A stretch of 64,000 bases of DNA from Dehalococcoidia bacterium (GTDB taxonomy: Bacteria; Chloroflexota; Dehalococcoidia; GIF9; UBA5629). The DNA is taken from the NCBI GenBank assembly GCA_050011565.1, contig JBEKIW010000002.1:96001-160000 (forward strand). Direction: 5' to 3'. Positions 28,847-39,055 of this stretch are shown piece after piece. The notes below the pieces were generated by a model. That model did no database searches. It was given only the letters and a program-made list of their open reading frames with translations, and was not told the origin of the DNA. The translations under genes and the position numbers were made by a program. Within the stretch, counting starts at the first letter, position 1, and every line of letters starts with the position of its first letter.

Positions 28847-28887
28847 TTAGGACGGAATAATAGCCATGTTGGTATAACTCGACAGCT

Positions 28888-28955
28888 GAACAAGGGCTTC
28901 TTAAGTATCTCGGACTGACCAGTCAGGTGAGAATAAAGAAGCCCTTTGTTCTTTT
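28888..28955 (+). terminator. Long hairpin, possible terminator
   Basis: GAACAAGGGCTTCTT ... AAGAAGCCCTTTGTTC followed by TTTT. Confidence 0.5.
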
Positions 28956-29141
28956 ACTTCTATCCGAGTTTTAGTGTTGTCCATATGGAAATTCCAGAGT
29001 CTCCTTGTCTCACCCCCGGCACGGGAAAACTATCTCCTCTTGTGAACTTTATATTGAGGATGGTAGACTTTGTTATCGGCATATCTAGAAAAACTGCCTG
29101 CCCTGATATCATAACGAGTCGAACTTAGAAGGTGAACAAAC

Positions 29142-30023
29142 ATGTATAAAAAAATATTGGTCCCATTGGATGGCTCCAACGCTGCTGAAATTGTTATACC
29201 ATACGTTGAGGAGTTGGCAGCTAAACTGAGTGCCGAGATTATTATACTAAGTGTTTACGAGTCGCCTGACGATAAGAGCCATCTCCACGGCTATTATCTG
29301 GAGCGCATTGTGGACCAGATACAGCGCCAAATAAAGCAGTTCGAGCCTATAAGGGAGATAAAGGTACACAGCGAGGTTCTTCGGGGTAAACCGGCTCAAC
29401 AATTGCTTCAATATGCCGACAAAATGAATATTAGTCTTATAGCTATGTCAAGTTACGGTTCATCCGGCCGTGAGGCAAAGCTTCTGGGGAATATAGCTAC
29501 CAAAGTCCTTTGGTCGACGAACCGGCCGGTTCTGCTGATCAGGACGCCGGCCAAGGAAAATGCCATCCAACAAAAAAGATTAGTGAAAAAGATTCTGGTG
29601 CCCTTGGATGGCTCTAAAACGGGAGAAACAATAATTGAATGTGCTGAGGTATTAGCCGGAGCACTGGGCGCAGAACTGGTATTGTTCCAGGTCCTGGAAC
29701 GGCTAAGAATCGTGGCCGGCTTTGAAACCGTTGCCCCCTATTCAATCCCAGAGGGTGAAGAAAGTATAAAGGCTTCAGCCAGAGCTTATCTAAATGGGGT
29801 AGAGGAACCACTAAAGAAAAAAGGCATTAAAACTTCAACGGAGATAGTCTGGGGCTCTGCGGCGGAGCGAATCATCGAATATGCAGAGGCAAATAGCGAC
29901 CTGGTAACTATCTCATCTCATGGACGATCGGGAGTCGGTAGGTGGGTACTTGGCAGTGTTACTGAGAAGGTCTTACAAGTTGGAGATAAACCTGTTCTGG
30001 TAGCACGGCCAGTTAAGTCATGA
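29142..30023 (+). CDS. Tandem universal stress protein
   Basis: Two KKILVPLDGS domains; HGRSG..LGSVTEKVL. Confidence 0.93.
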   Translation: MYKKILVPLDGSNAAEIVIPYVEELAAKLSAEIIILSVYESPDDKSHLHGYYLERIVDQIQRQIKQFEPIREIKVHSEVLRGKPAQQLLQYADKMNISLIAMSSYGSSGREAKLLGNIATKVLWSTNRPVLLIRTPAKENAIQQKRLVKKILVPLDGSKTGETIIECAEVLAGALGAELVLFQVLERLRIVAGFETVAPYSIPEGEESIKASARAYLNGVEEPLKKKGIKTSTEIVWGSAAERIIEYAEANSDLVTISSHGRSGVGRWVLGSVTEKVLQVGDKPVLVARPVKS

Positions 30024-30180
30024 TTGTTCGCCAGTTACAATTAGTCTTATACAAAATCTAACATGTAAATAATGCTTAAAATACATAGAAGTAGCTTTCC
30101 CTTTACAGACTCAGAGTTGGCGGAATTCATTTTTGTGAATTAAGTTAAGTAAATTTCGCCGAAAAGAGAATTTAAGAAAC

Positions 30181-31830
30181 ATGAATCCCAATACCGAACC
30201 GCAACAGGTTATCGGCCTGCGTTCTCTACCTCGACGACAGGTGATGGTGACGCTGGCTGGCGTGCTGATGGCTATATTCTTGAGCTCATTAGACCAGACC
30301 ATCGTTAGTACTGCCATGCCGCAAATTATAGCCGACCTCGGCGGATTTGCTCATTACACCTGGCTAGCCACAGCTTATTTGGTCACGTCGACTGTCGTTT
30401 TGCCAATCACCGGCAAGCTGACCGACATGTACGGTCGCAAGCACTTTTATACCGCAGGAATTACGCTTTTTATTCTGGGCTCCCTACTTTGCGGACTCAG
30501 CCAGACTTTAACACAGATTATTATCTTCCGGGGGCTGCAGGGTATCGGTGCCGGCATAATGATGGCCAACGCCTTCACTGTCATCGGCGATCTTTTCCCA
30601 CCGGCTGAACGCGGCAAATATCAGGGTTTTGTAAGCGCCGTTTTCGGCGTATCGGCTGTTATTGGGCCGTCGCTGGGCGGATTCATAACGGATACCTTTT
30701 CCTGGCACTGGATTTTTTATATAAATATCCCTCTAGGCATCGTTGTTATTACACTGTTCGCCTTCTTTTTCCCGAATTTTCGTCTTGACAAATTAAAACA
30801 TCGAATTGACTGGGCGGGCATAGCGGCCCTTGTAGTTGCCGTAATACCACTGCTGCTGGCTCTGTCCTGGGGCGGGACCGAGTATCCCTGGGTTTCAGTT
30901 CCAGTGATTTCCCTGTTCGCCTTATCAGTAGCCGGAATCATAATCTTCCCCATCATAGAACGCAGAAGCGAGGAGCCAATAGTACCACTTGAAATTTTCA
31001 GAAACCCTATTGTGGCAGTATCGACTCCTATTATCTTTCTTACCGGCTTCACTATGTTCGGCAGTATCATAATTATCCCACTATTCTTTCAGGGTGTGCT
31101 GGGATTGTCGGCGACTGAGAGCGGCAGTTTTTTGACGCCAATGGTGCTTGGCCAGGTATTTGGCAGTTTTAGCTCCGGACAGGTGTTGGCCCGCACGGGC
31201 GGGCATTATCGAATTCAAGGCGCTGCCGGGCTGGCACTGATGGTCGCCGGTCTGGCGCTTCTTACTCGAATAAATCCGGAAACAAGCTACGCAATTGCTG
31301 CGGTGGATATAGTCCTGGTAGGATTCGGGCTGGGTATTACCCTGCCTCTTTATACTATCGCTATACAGAATGCGGTTTCCTACAATATACTAGGTGCTGC
31401 TACCTCCGCTGTTCCTTTTTTCCGGTCAATGGGCGGTGCCGTAGGTTTAGCCATACTCGGTTCTGTAATGACCAATCGCTTCACCTCGGATTTTATTGCC
31501 AGGCTTCCGGCAACGATTAAAACGCTAATTCCGCCTCAAGCGTTATCTCTAATGGCTCACAATCCCGAAGTATTAGTCAGCCCGCAGGCACAGGACCAAC
31601 TAAAAACCCTGTTTAGCCAGGCAGGGCCGCAGGGAGCAGCTCTTTATCAACAAACACTCGGGATATTGCGCCAGGCCCTCAATGCCGGCCTGGTCGAAGT
31701 CTTTCTTATAGCACTTGTCATCACAGTTGTCGCCTTTGTCATAAGCTTTTTCCTCAAAGAGATTCCACTTCGTAAGCAACATGTACTTGCCGACGAGGAG
31801 AGCACAACCGATAAGCAAGTAGACAACTAG
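30181..31830 (+). CDS. MFS DHA2-family drug/H+ antiporter
   Basis: LDQTIVSTAMP, GKLTDMYGRK, RGLQGIG, WHWIFYINIP. Confidence 0.93.
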   Translation: MNPNTEPQQVIGLRSLPRRQVMVTLAGVLMAIFLSSLDQTIVSTAMPQIIADLGGFAHYTWLATAYLVTSTVVLPITGKLTDMYGRKHFYTAGITLFILGSLLCGLSQTLTQIIIFRGLQGIGAGIMMANAFTVIGDLFPPAERGKYQGFVSAVFGVSAVIGPSLGGFITDTFSWHWIFYINIPLGIVVITLFAFFFPNFRLDKLKHRIDWAGIAALVVAVIPLLLALSWGGTEYPWVSVPVISLFALSVAGIIIFPIIERRSEEPIVPLEIFRNPIVAVSTPIIFLTGFTMFGSIIIIPLFFQGVLGLSATESGSFLTPMVLGQVFGSFSSGQVLARTGGHYRIQGAAGLALMVAGLALLTRINPETSYAIAAVDIVLVGFGLGITLPLYTIAIQNAVSYNILGAATSAVPFFRSMGGAVGLAILGSVMTNRFTSDFIARLPATIKTLIPPQALSLMAHNPEVLVSPQAQDQLKTLFSQAGPQGAALYQQTLGILRQALNAGLVEVFLIALVITVVAFVISFFLKEIPLRKQHVLADEESTTDKQVDN

Positions 31831-31987
31831 AATTACCTCCGCCTCGGGAAATTGTGATTCTATCTAAATTTTATGAATCTTTAATTATTCCGCCATAATT
31901 TTAATGACTTTTTTACATCCCAAGGACTACAATCTTGCAGAGTGCCTGTCTATTTAAGTCTTTATAAAAAATAAAAGGGAGTAGAAA

Positions 31988-32629
31988 ATGAGAATTAAAG
32001 ACATCATGACCTGGAATGTAGTTACCGTGTCCAGTGACACACCCATTATGGAAGCCAGGAAAGTCATGGATGCGCACAAGATTCGGCGCATGCCTGTGGT
32101 TGATAAAGGAAAACTTGTAGGCATGATAAGCCGGGATGGCATAACTCGCGCCAGTCCTTCACCGGCAACCAGTCTCAGCGTTTGGGAAATCAATTACCTT
32201 CTGGCAAAAATGACTGTTAAAGACATCATGTCAAAGAAGTTGGTTACAGTTACTCCTGATACCACCGTAGAAAGTGCGGTTGCTCTGGCACAAAATAAAG
32301 GAGTAGGTGCTCTGCCCGTGGTAGAAGATGGTACCCTGGTAGGTATAGTGACTACCGATGATTTCTTCTACAAAATTCTGAATCCAGTGTTGGGCATAGG
32401 CAAGCCTGGTACCAGATTACTAATCGGTAACTGCGGCTCACCTAAATGCATACAAGAGATTATGGAGGTTGTGGATAAAAACGGAATAAAGATAATTGGC
32501 GTACACAATATGCCTCCAACAGATGGTGAAGCGACTGAATTGGTATTACATCTTGATAACACTGACCCAACTAAGATTACAAAAGAATTAATGGCTAAGG
32601 GTTATACCGTAGAGGTAAGAGAGCGCTAA
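31988..32629 (+). CDS. CBS-pair + ACT protein (AcuB-like)
   Basis: IRRMPVV..ASPSPATSLSVWEINYLL; C-terminal ACT-like domain. Confidence 0.9.
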   Translation: MRIKDIMTWNVVTVSSDTPIMEARKVMDAHKIRRMPVVDKGKLVGMISRDGITRASPSPATSLSVWEINYLLAKMTVKDIMSKKLVTVTPDTTVESAVALAQNKGVGALPVVEDGTLVGIVTTDDFFYKILNPVLGIGKPGTRLLIGNCGSPKCIQEIMEVVDKNGIKIIGVHNMPPTDGEATELVLHLDNTDPTKITKELMAKGYTVEVRER

Positions 32630-32686
32630 TCTAGAAATCTTTGCAAAGCGCTCACCAAACTGACTTCAGAAAAAGACCGGGAAGGA

Positions 32687-33124
32687 ATGATGGACAAAGC
32701 TATAATAATTTATAGCACGAGAACAGGAAATACAGAAATAATGGCTGTGGCCATACAGGTCGGACTAAAAGAGGCCGCAGTTCAAGTAACATCGAAAAAT
32801 GTAGAAAAAGCGAAGTTAAGCGACCTTAAAAATGCCGATGCCCTAATTCTTGGATGCCCTACCTATTATAATGACTTGCTGCCCGCCATGAAGTCATTGC
32901 TTTTTGAAATTCGAAAGGTGAACTTGAAAGGAAAAGTCGGAGCGGCTTTTGGGCCCTATGCCTGGAGCGGCGAATCGATTCAAATGATAACTGATACCAT
33001 GAAACATATTTTCCAAATGAATGTTATCGAGCCCGGTCTGAAGCTACTACAGAGGCCGGAAGGTAGTGACATCGAAGCCTGCGTGGAATTCGGCAGAAAG
33101 ATTGCCGCGAAAATAAGAGGTTAA
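32687..33124 (+). CDS. Flavodoxin
   Basis: YSTRTGNTE, GCPTY, AFGPYAWSGES. Confidence 0.9.
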   Translation: MMDKAIIIYSTRTGNTEIMAVAIQVGLKEAAVQVTSKNVEKAKLSDLKNADALILGCPTYYNDLLPAMKSLLFEIRKVNLKGKVGAAFGPYAWSGESIQMITDTMKHIFQMNVIEPGLKLLQRPEGSDIEACVEFGRKIAAKIRG

Positions 33125-33168
33125 AAACAGTCCTGAGTTGAAGGTTAATATCAGTTGATGGGCGAATG

Positions 33169-35334
33169 CTACTGTGTGATTTCAAACGTACTTGCCAGCA
33201 GTTCGGCGCTGTGCATTACTTTAATGCGGCTGCAGCGCTTATCCAGGCCGCCTCTGAGTTGCAGTACGCAGGCTAAGCAGTTCGTAATCACTGTTTCCAC
33301 GCCAGCTGCTTCTATATTATCCAGTTTTCTCTTCAAGACCGATTTGGACAACTCGGGATAGCTGAGCACGACATGACCACCAAAGCCGCAGCAGGCGTCT
33401 GAATCCGCCATTTCTATCACCTCAAAGCCTTCCCGTTCCAACAACCGCCTGGGCTCATTAAAGACACCGATGCCGCGCCTTAAATGGCAGGGGTCATGAT
33501 AAGTGACCTTCTGATTTCGTGACGGCTTTTTCGGCATGGAGGGGGTTAGCTCCAGCAGTAGCTGTGAGAAATCACGAATTTTACCGGCCAATGCTCTGGC
33601 TCGCTGGTTCCATCTCGGCTCAGCAGTGGTTAAGTTTAGATATTCCCGCTGCAATACGGCGGCGCAGCCCGGGCATACGGTAACGATATAGTCGGGCTTC
33701 ATTTCTTCAAGCGCAACGATATTTGTCTTAGCCAGATTCAATGCCGTCTCTATATCGCCGGCAAAATATGCCGGAGCGCCACAACACGCCTGCTCCGCCG
33801 GGTAATACGGCTCGGCGCCGCACTCTGTCAAGACCTTCATCACCTGTTCACCGATTTCAGGATAGGCATAAGCGCCAACACAGCCAGAATAAAAAGCCAC
33901 CTTAGGCTTATCTGTCAACTTGGGCGAAGAATAATCCCTGAGCCTGTCACGTAAAAAATTACGCGACAGTGCTGGAAGGCTGATAGTCTGGGTCAGCGCA
34001 TTCAACGGACCCGGAAGCCGTCGTATCATAAGGTCTGCATCAACGAAAGGTTGCTGCAAGTATGAGCCAATTCTTACCACTCTATCCAATCTGGGCTGGT
34101 GTTTCAGAATGCTGCGATAAGCCATACTGTTCAACATGGGCAAGCCTTTTTCTTCTGCCAGACTGGCTCTCAACCGCGTTATCATCCGCGGTATGTCAAT
34201 TCGGGCGGGACAGGCTTCTTTACAGGCCATGCAGCCAAGGCACAGGCTCGCCACCTCTTCAGCTTTATCCATACTGTGTAAAAAGGCGGTTAATATGGCA
34301 CCTATGCCTCCCTGATATACGTAGCCATAAACCTGCCCAGCAACTGAGGCAAAAACCGGGCAGACGTTAAGACACGTGCCGCACTTAATGCAATATAGCG
34401 CTTCCCTGAATTCGTCAGATTCTCTCATCTGCCATCGGCCGTTATCCACCAGTACGATGTGGACTTCACCGGGACCTCCGGCACCGTGAAGCATTGTCCC
34501 GGGAATGGCATCGGTACGACTTGGCCCGGTAATGTGGGAGACATACACCGGCATTTTCATGCCGGCGGTGCATCGACTGAGTAATCTGAAAATGGCAGCA
34601 GCATCTTTCCAGCTGGAAACTATCTTCTCATAGCCGACTACCGCCACATGAACCGGAGGCAAAGTTGTCGCCATACAACCGTTTCCCTCGTTGGTGACAA
34701 CGACCAATGTCCCGGTCTCAGCTATGGCGATATTAGCTCCCGAAATGCCCATGTCGGCATCTATGTAGGTCTGCCTCAAGGCACGACGCGCCGCATCCAG
34801 CAAAGCTTGAGGGTCGGTTCCCAGCTCCTGGCCGGTCGCCTTGGATATAAGCTCAGCCACCTGTTCTATGGTCTTGTGTATCGCGGGGCCAACCAAATGT
34901 GCCGGTCTTTCCCCTGCAAGCTGGACAATCCACTCCCCAATGTCGGTTTCCGTCACACCAATGCCGGCTTTTTGGAGATGCTCTCTTAACTCAATCTCCT
35001 CGCCCAGCATGGACTTCGATTTCACTATATGTTTCACTTTGCGTTCCTGCGCCAGCTTCAGCACATATTTAACGGCATCCTCAGCGTCTTCGGCTTCGTA
35101 TACCACGGCCCCGGCTTTGGTGGCTTGTGACTTAAACTGCTCCACCAGCTGCGGCAGGTTGGCGATGGAATTCTCTTTAACGCGACGAATCTCCTGACTT
35201 AAAGACTCAAAATCGAGTCCCGTAAATGCTAGCTGACGTACGAATTTAATCAGCCCCAGTAGTCTGGTAAGGGCGGTTTGCAAGTTTTCATCCGTTAGTG
35301 CCTTGTGCACGCGCTTTGTCATGGCCCGACTCAT
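33169..35334 (-). CDS. LUD + 2x[4Fe-4S] + 2x CCG fusion (LutB-LutA/LldF-LldE-like oxidoreductase)
   Basis: KSKSM, ETDIGE, TNEGN, ITGPSRT; CIKCGTCLNVCP, CLGCMACKEACP; ACCG, YHDPCHL, DACCGFGG. Confidence 0.9.
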   Translation of the reverse strand: MSRAMTKRVHKALTDENLQTALTRLLGLIKFVRQLAFTGLDFESLSQEIRRVKENSIANLPQLVEQFKSQATKAGAVVYEAEDAEDAVKYVLKLAQERKVKHIVKSKSMLGEEIELREHLQKAGIGVTETDIGEWIVQLAGERPAHLVGPAIHKTIEQVAELISKATGQELGTDPQALLDAARRALRQTYIDADMGISGANIAIAETGTLVVVTNEGNGCMATTLPPVHVAVVGYEKIVSSWKDAAAIFRLLSRCTAGMKMPVYVSHITGPSRTDAIPGTMLHGAGGPGEVHIVLVDNGRWQMRESDEFREALYCIKCGTCLNVCPVFASVAGQVYGYVYQGGIGAILTAFLHSMDKAEEVASLCLGCMACKEACPARIDIPRMITRLRASLAEEKGLPMLNSMAYRSILKHQPRLDRVVRIGSYLQQPFVDADLMIRRLPGPLNALTQTISLPALSRNFLRDRLRDYSSPKLTDKPKVAFYSGCVGAYAYPEIGEQVMKVLTECGAEPYYPAEQACCGAPAYFAGDIETALNLAKTNIVALEEMKPDYIVTVCPGCAAVLQREYLNLTTAEPRWNQRARALAGKIRDFSQLLLELTPSMPKKPSRNQKVTYHDPCHLRRGIGVFNEPRRLLEREGFEVIEMADSDACCGFGGHVVLSYPELSKSVLKRKLDNIEAAGVETVITNCLACVLQLRGGLDKRCSRIKVMHSAELLASTFEITQ

Positions 35335-36071
35335 ACGCTACCCCTCCTGGCAGCCTTATTCATCAGTATTACGTGCTCCTCGGCAGGCCCCTGAGCTCTG
35401 GCCAGTACAGCACCGGGTATATCAGCAGTTGTATTTCTGCCGGTGATATAAGTGACATAACCTGGCACGACCTGACCAGCTATATTTCCCTTGAGCGATT
35501 TAAGCCTGGTAATAACATCTTCCATAAAAGGAACCAGATTTTGACTCTCAACCAGAGTTACATGTATACGAGGTAAAACGGCAACCAGACGGGTGACGCC
35601 TTCATTTCCGACGATGATTAAAGTTCCCGTTTCAGCTATGGCTACGTCAGCTTCCGATATGCCCATGTCGGCATCAATACAGTATTGCCTTATGGTTCTA
35701 TTGGCTGCATTTAACAGAACCCGCGGGTCGGGATTTAGTTTCTTGCCGGTTGCCTTAGAAATAAGCTTCTCCACCTGTCCAATCGTTTTCCGTCCCGTCG
35801 GTTTTTCACCGGCTAACTGAGCCATCCACTCCTTCAAATCGGCCTCGATTACCTCGATGCCAGCCTTCTCCAGATGTTTCCTCAATTTAATTTTATCAGC
35901 GACTTTGGATTTAGATTTAACTGCGTTTTTAACATGGCGTTCCTGGGCCAGTTTCAATATGTAATTACTGGCATCTTCAGCACTTGAGGCCTCGTACACC
36001 ATAGCACCTGCCTTGCCGGCCTCTGCCTTGAACTGGGCTGCTAGCCCTGCAACTTGAGCACCCATTTTCAA
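35331..36071 (-). CDS. LUD-domain protein (LutC/LldG-like)
   Basis: AIAETGT, NEG, ITGRNTTADI..GP; stop overlaps the start of the downstream gene. Confidence 0.85.
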   Translation of the reverse strand: MKMGAQVAGLAAQFKAEAGKAGAMVYEASSAEDASNYILKLAQERHVKNAVKSKSKVADKIKLRKHLEKAGIEVIEADLKEWMAQLAGEKPTGRKTIGQVEKLISKATGKKLNPDPRVLLNAANRTIRQYCIDADMGISEADVAIAETGTLIIVGNEGVTRLVAVLPRIHVTLVESQNLVPFMEDVITRLKSLKGNIAGQVVPGYVTYITGRNTTADIPGAVLARAQGPAEEHVILMNKAARRGSV

Positions 36072-36092
36072 TCCCCGTCTACAAACCCTACA

Positions 36093-37343
36093 TTAAGAGG
36101 CAGATAAATACTGAATGGTACCGTCAGGAACAACCGCTACCCTGGCGCCATCAGGGAAATCTTGCTTTAATATGCCAGTCACCTCAGACCACGACTTTGC
36201 CCATATAGTGTCGGGTATCGCCAGCCAGTCAGTCGTAGACCTCTCGAATTGCGGAGATAATACCATGAATCTTCTTAACCACGGTAGCTGAAAATCAACG
36301 GAGCTGAATAAGCGGCCTCTGGCTTTCCCGCCAAAACTACCCAGCAAATAATGGACTACCTGGCCGGCCGGGCAGTCCATTATCAGTACCAGCTCGCCCC
36401 CCTTTTCCATCAGCATCTGTATGCCTATGATCAAGCCGACTATGGCTTCGCTGCCCTTGCTATAAGTATTCACCACAACCACATCAGCCCCCGGGACTGG
36501 TTTTGTAGCGTAGTGCGACAGAGCAAACTTGACCGCCTCATAGTATTCCGCCTCAGGCTCGCCCACGAATATAGCACAGGGCTCTCCACTCCCATTGATT
36601 ACGGTGTCAATCTTGAGGTCGAGACCTATCATTTTTGCCGCCTCATTAAAATCCTTGACCATAGGATTATCGAGGTAATTGCCCAGCCCAACAGTATTTC
36701 CCCGGCCGCCTTCTCTGGCTTTTATTTCAAGCAAGTGAAAAGCCTCGATTGAGTCGATAGAAGCTATGCCAGGCAGTACAATTTTGCCACCGCCGCCGAA
36801 TCCACTTTGAGGATGAGGAATTACCGAGCCGATGCCGATTTTCAAATCGCAGCTCATTACCTCAGAATTGACAGAAAGCCGTGTCCCCTGCGAAGTCTGC
36901 CCGACATAGGTGCAGTTCTCATAGATATTGTGATTGTAAACCGGGAACCTGTCCATTATCTTCTGGCCCAGCTTCTTCTGGAAATCCTGATAAGTATGAG
37001 CCCCGTGAGCACCGGCAGCACAGATGAATCTGATTGCCTGCTCAGAAATGCCCGCCGCCTCCAACTCCTTAATAACATAGGGTATCAAATCGGCGACTCT
37101 TGTAGGACGCGAGATATCATCAAAGATTACGGCAACTTTATTTTTACCTTTGGCCAGCTCTTTAAGCCTGGTACTGCCGATAGGATTATCAAACGCTGTC
37201 TTTATCTGTTTGGGGGCTATCTGTGGGATGTCATGCCCCTTCATCAGGCAGGGCACCACCTCCCAAGATTCGGGGAAGGTCAGCCGCAATTTCCCCTCTT
37301 CATACCACATCTGCCTGGGAACTGCTATAGCCCTGGTACTCAT
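36093..37343 (-). CDS. LarA-family (nickel-pincer, DUF2088) hydroxy-acid racemase/epimerase
   Basis: FDDISRPT, GAHG, HN, PHPQSGFGGGGKIVLPG..FH. Confidence 0.85.
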   Translation of the reverse strand: MSTRAIAVPRQMWYEEGKLRLTFPESWEVVPCLMKGHDIPQIAPKQIKTAFDNPIGSTRLKELAKGKNKVAVIFDDISRPTRVADLIPYVIKELEAAGISEQAIRFICAAGAHGAHTYQDFQKKLGQKIMDRFPVYNHNIYENCTYVGQTSQGTRLSVNSEVMSCDLKIGIGSVIPHPQSGFGGGGKIVLPGIASIDSIEAFHLLEIKAREGGRGNTVGLGNYLDNPMVKDFNEAAKMIGLDLKIDTVINGSGEPCAIFVGEPEAEYYEAVKFALSHYATKPVPGADVVVVNTYSKGSEAIVGLIIGIQMLMEKGGELVLIMDCPAGQVVHYLLGSFGGKARGRLFSSVDFQLPWLRRFMVLSPQFERSTTDWLAIPDTIWAKSWSEVTGILKQDFPDGARVAVVPDGTIQYLSAS

Positions 37344-37372
37344 TTTTATTCCCTGTTATAAGGTTTATTCCG

Positions 37373-37627
37373 TTAGTGGTTTGCCAGCTCAACCACAGTT
37401 ACGCCGACTCCCCCCTCGCCCCAATCACCGAACCGGAATGACTTGACCAGAGGATGTTCCGCCAGAGTCTCATGTACTGCTTGTCTTAGCACTCCCGTTC
37501 CTTTGCCGTGGACGATGCGCACCGAGGGCAACCCTGCCATGAAGGCAGCGTTAAGGTAATGGTCAAGTTTGGGCAAGGCCTCATCTATCCTGAGCCGGCG
37601 TATACGCAATTCGGAATCCACCGCCAT
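37373..37627 (-). CDS. Stand-alone Smr/MutS2 C-terminal domain protein
   Basis: IVHGKGTGVLR..EGGVGVTVV; TAATG overlap with the tilS stop. Confidence 0.9.
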   Translation of the reverse strand: MAVDSELRIRRLRIDEALPKLDHYLNAAFMAGLPSVRIVHGKGTGVLRQAVHETLAEHPLVKSFRFGDWGEGGVGVTVVELANH

Positions 37628-39054
37628 TAAGTTAACCTTTCAAATTTCAAGCTCAGTATGTTCTTCGTCTTTTCAGTAACCTTAACCCTGTCATCCATTC
37701 TCCAGCCGACGACCCACAGAATTTGCCTGGCTGAGGTAACCAACGGCACCCGGTCTCGCCATGTACGGGGAATTTTGGCATCGACCATAAAGTCCTGGAG
37801 CTTCTTGGTCTGATTCATGCCCAGAGGCTGAAAACGGTCGCCGGGTCTGCGTCGCCGCACCACCAGTTTTTTGCCAACCTTATCCAAGTCAAAGCTGGCG
37901 GTAATACCATTGTCGCTGCCGACTGACTGTTGAACTATATCCGCCCTAACCCGCCAGCCCGATAAATCAGTTTCCCCAGGGATATTAATGCTGGTTGTAC
38001 CCTGGAGAGGAGGCAAGGGACATACTGAAGCTCGAGTCGGTGTTATAACCAGACGGCCATACTCCGTGGACAGCGTCAACCCGTCAGGCAGACAAAATCT
38101 CTTTCCCGCTGGTTTCGATAGAGACTCAATCATGGCTTCAATATGGTCGGCCTCGATGTCCTTCAGGTCTCCTCTTAGTAGCTTAACTACTTTTCTAAAG
38201 ACCTGCCTTTGTACGGCACGCGGCAGAGCACGCATCTTGTTCACGTCAAGGTAAAGTGCATCGCCGTCTTTTTGTACTAAATCCGCCCACAGCAAAGAAG
38301 CTTGTTCCTCAATAAAAGAGATGTCATCTGTAGCAATATCGGCCAGCCTCAGCAGCACCTTGTCAATACCGGAGTTATAGCTTCTAAGTACAGGCAGCAA
38401 CTCGAGGCGGATACGGTTTCTTAAGAAGGAAAGCGATTCATTGGATGAATCGCTCCGCGGGGCCAGTCGGTGCCGCCGGCAATAACTCAACGTTTCCTGC
38501 CGGGTAATTTCAAGCAGCGGCCTGACTACTTCAAGCCGGTCACCTTTGTCACCGTGTGGCAATGCCGAGCGAGACTGCAGACCACGTAGTCCTGCTGTGC
38601 CCGCGCCGCGCAGTAAATGCAGCAGAATAGTCTCGATATGGTCGTCACAGGTGTGTCCTGTTACCACTTTAGAGGCACCGACCTTCTTAGCCACATTAGC
38701 CAGGAAGCCGTAACGGACTTCGCGGGCAGCTTCCTCTAATGAGCCGCCCTTGCGGTTACGATATGCTGCTACATCCCGGCGCCCAATAGCGGCCGGCACG
38801 CCGAGCTTATGCGCCAAATCAGAAACATAACCGGCATCGGCATCGGATTCAGCATTTCGAAGCTGGTGGTTGAGATGGGCGGCATGCAGCTCTACACCCA
38901 GGTCATCCAGGTGATGCGCCAGAATATGAAGCAAACAAACCGAATCGGCACCCCCGGATACAGCCACTACCAGCTTATCGCCGGCTGAGATAAGACTTTG
39001 CTCGCGGATAAAGTCGATTACTCTTCCGTCCAGCGTTTTGTCTTTTCTGGCCAA
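37627..39054 (-). CDS. tilS: tRNA(Ile)-lysidine synthetase
   Basis: AVSGGADS, EEAAREVRY, RPLL, RNRIRLEL, TilS C-terminal domain. Confidence 0.96.
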   Translation of the reverse strand: MARKDKTLDGRVIDFIREQSLISAGDKLVVAVSGGADSVCLLHILAHHLDDLGVELHAAHLNHQLRNAESDADAGYVSDLAHKLGVPAAIGRRDVAAYRNRKGGSLEEAAREVRYGFLANVAKKVGASKVVTGHTCDDHIETILLHLLRGAGTAGLRGLQSRSALPHGDKGDRLEVVRPLLEITRQETLSYCRRHRLAPRSDSSNESLSFLRNRIRLELLPVLRSYNSGIDKVLLRLADIATDDISFIEEQASLLWADLVQKDGDALYLDVNKMRALPRAVQRQVFRKVVKLLRGDLKDIEADHIEAMIESLSKPAGKRFCLPDGLTLSTEYGRLVITPTRASVCPLPPLQGTTSINIPGETDLSGWRVRADIVQQSVGSDNGITASFDLDKVGKKLVVRRRRPGDRFQPLGMNQTKKLQDFMVDAKIPRTWRDRVPLVTSARQILWVVGWRMDDRVKVTEKTKNILSLKFERLT

Positions 39055-39055
39055 C

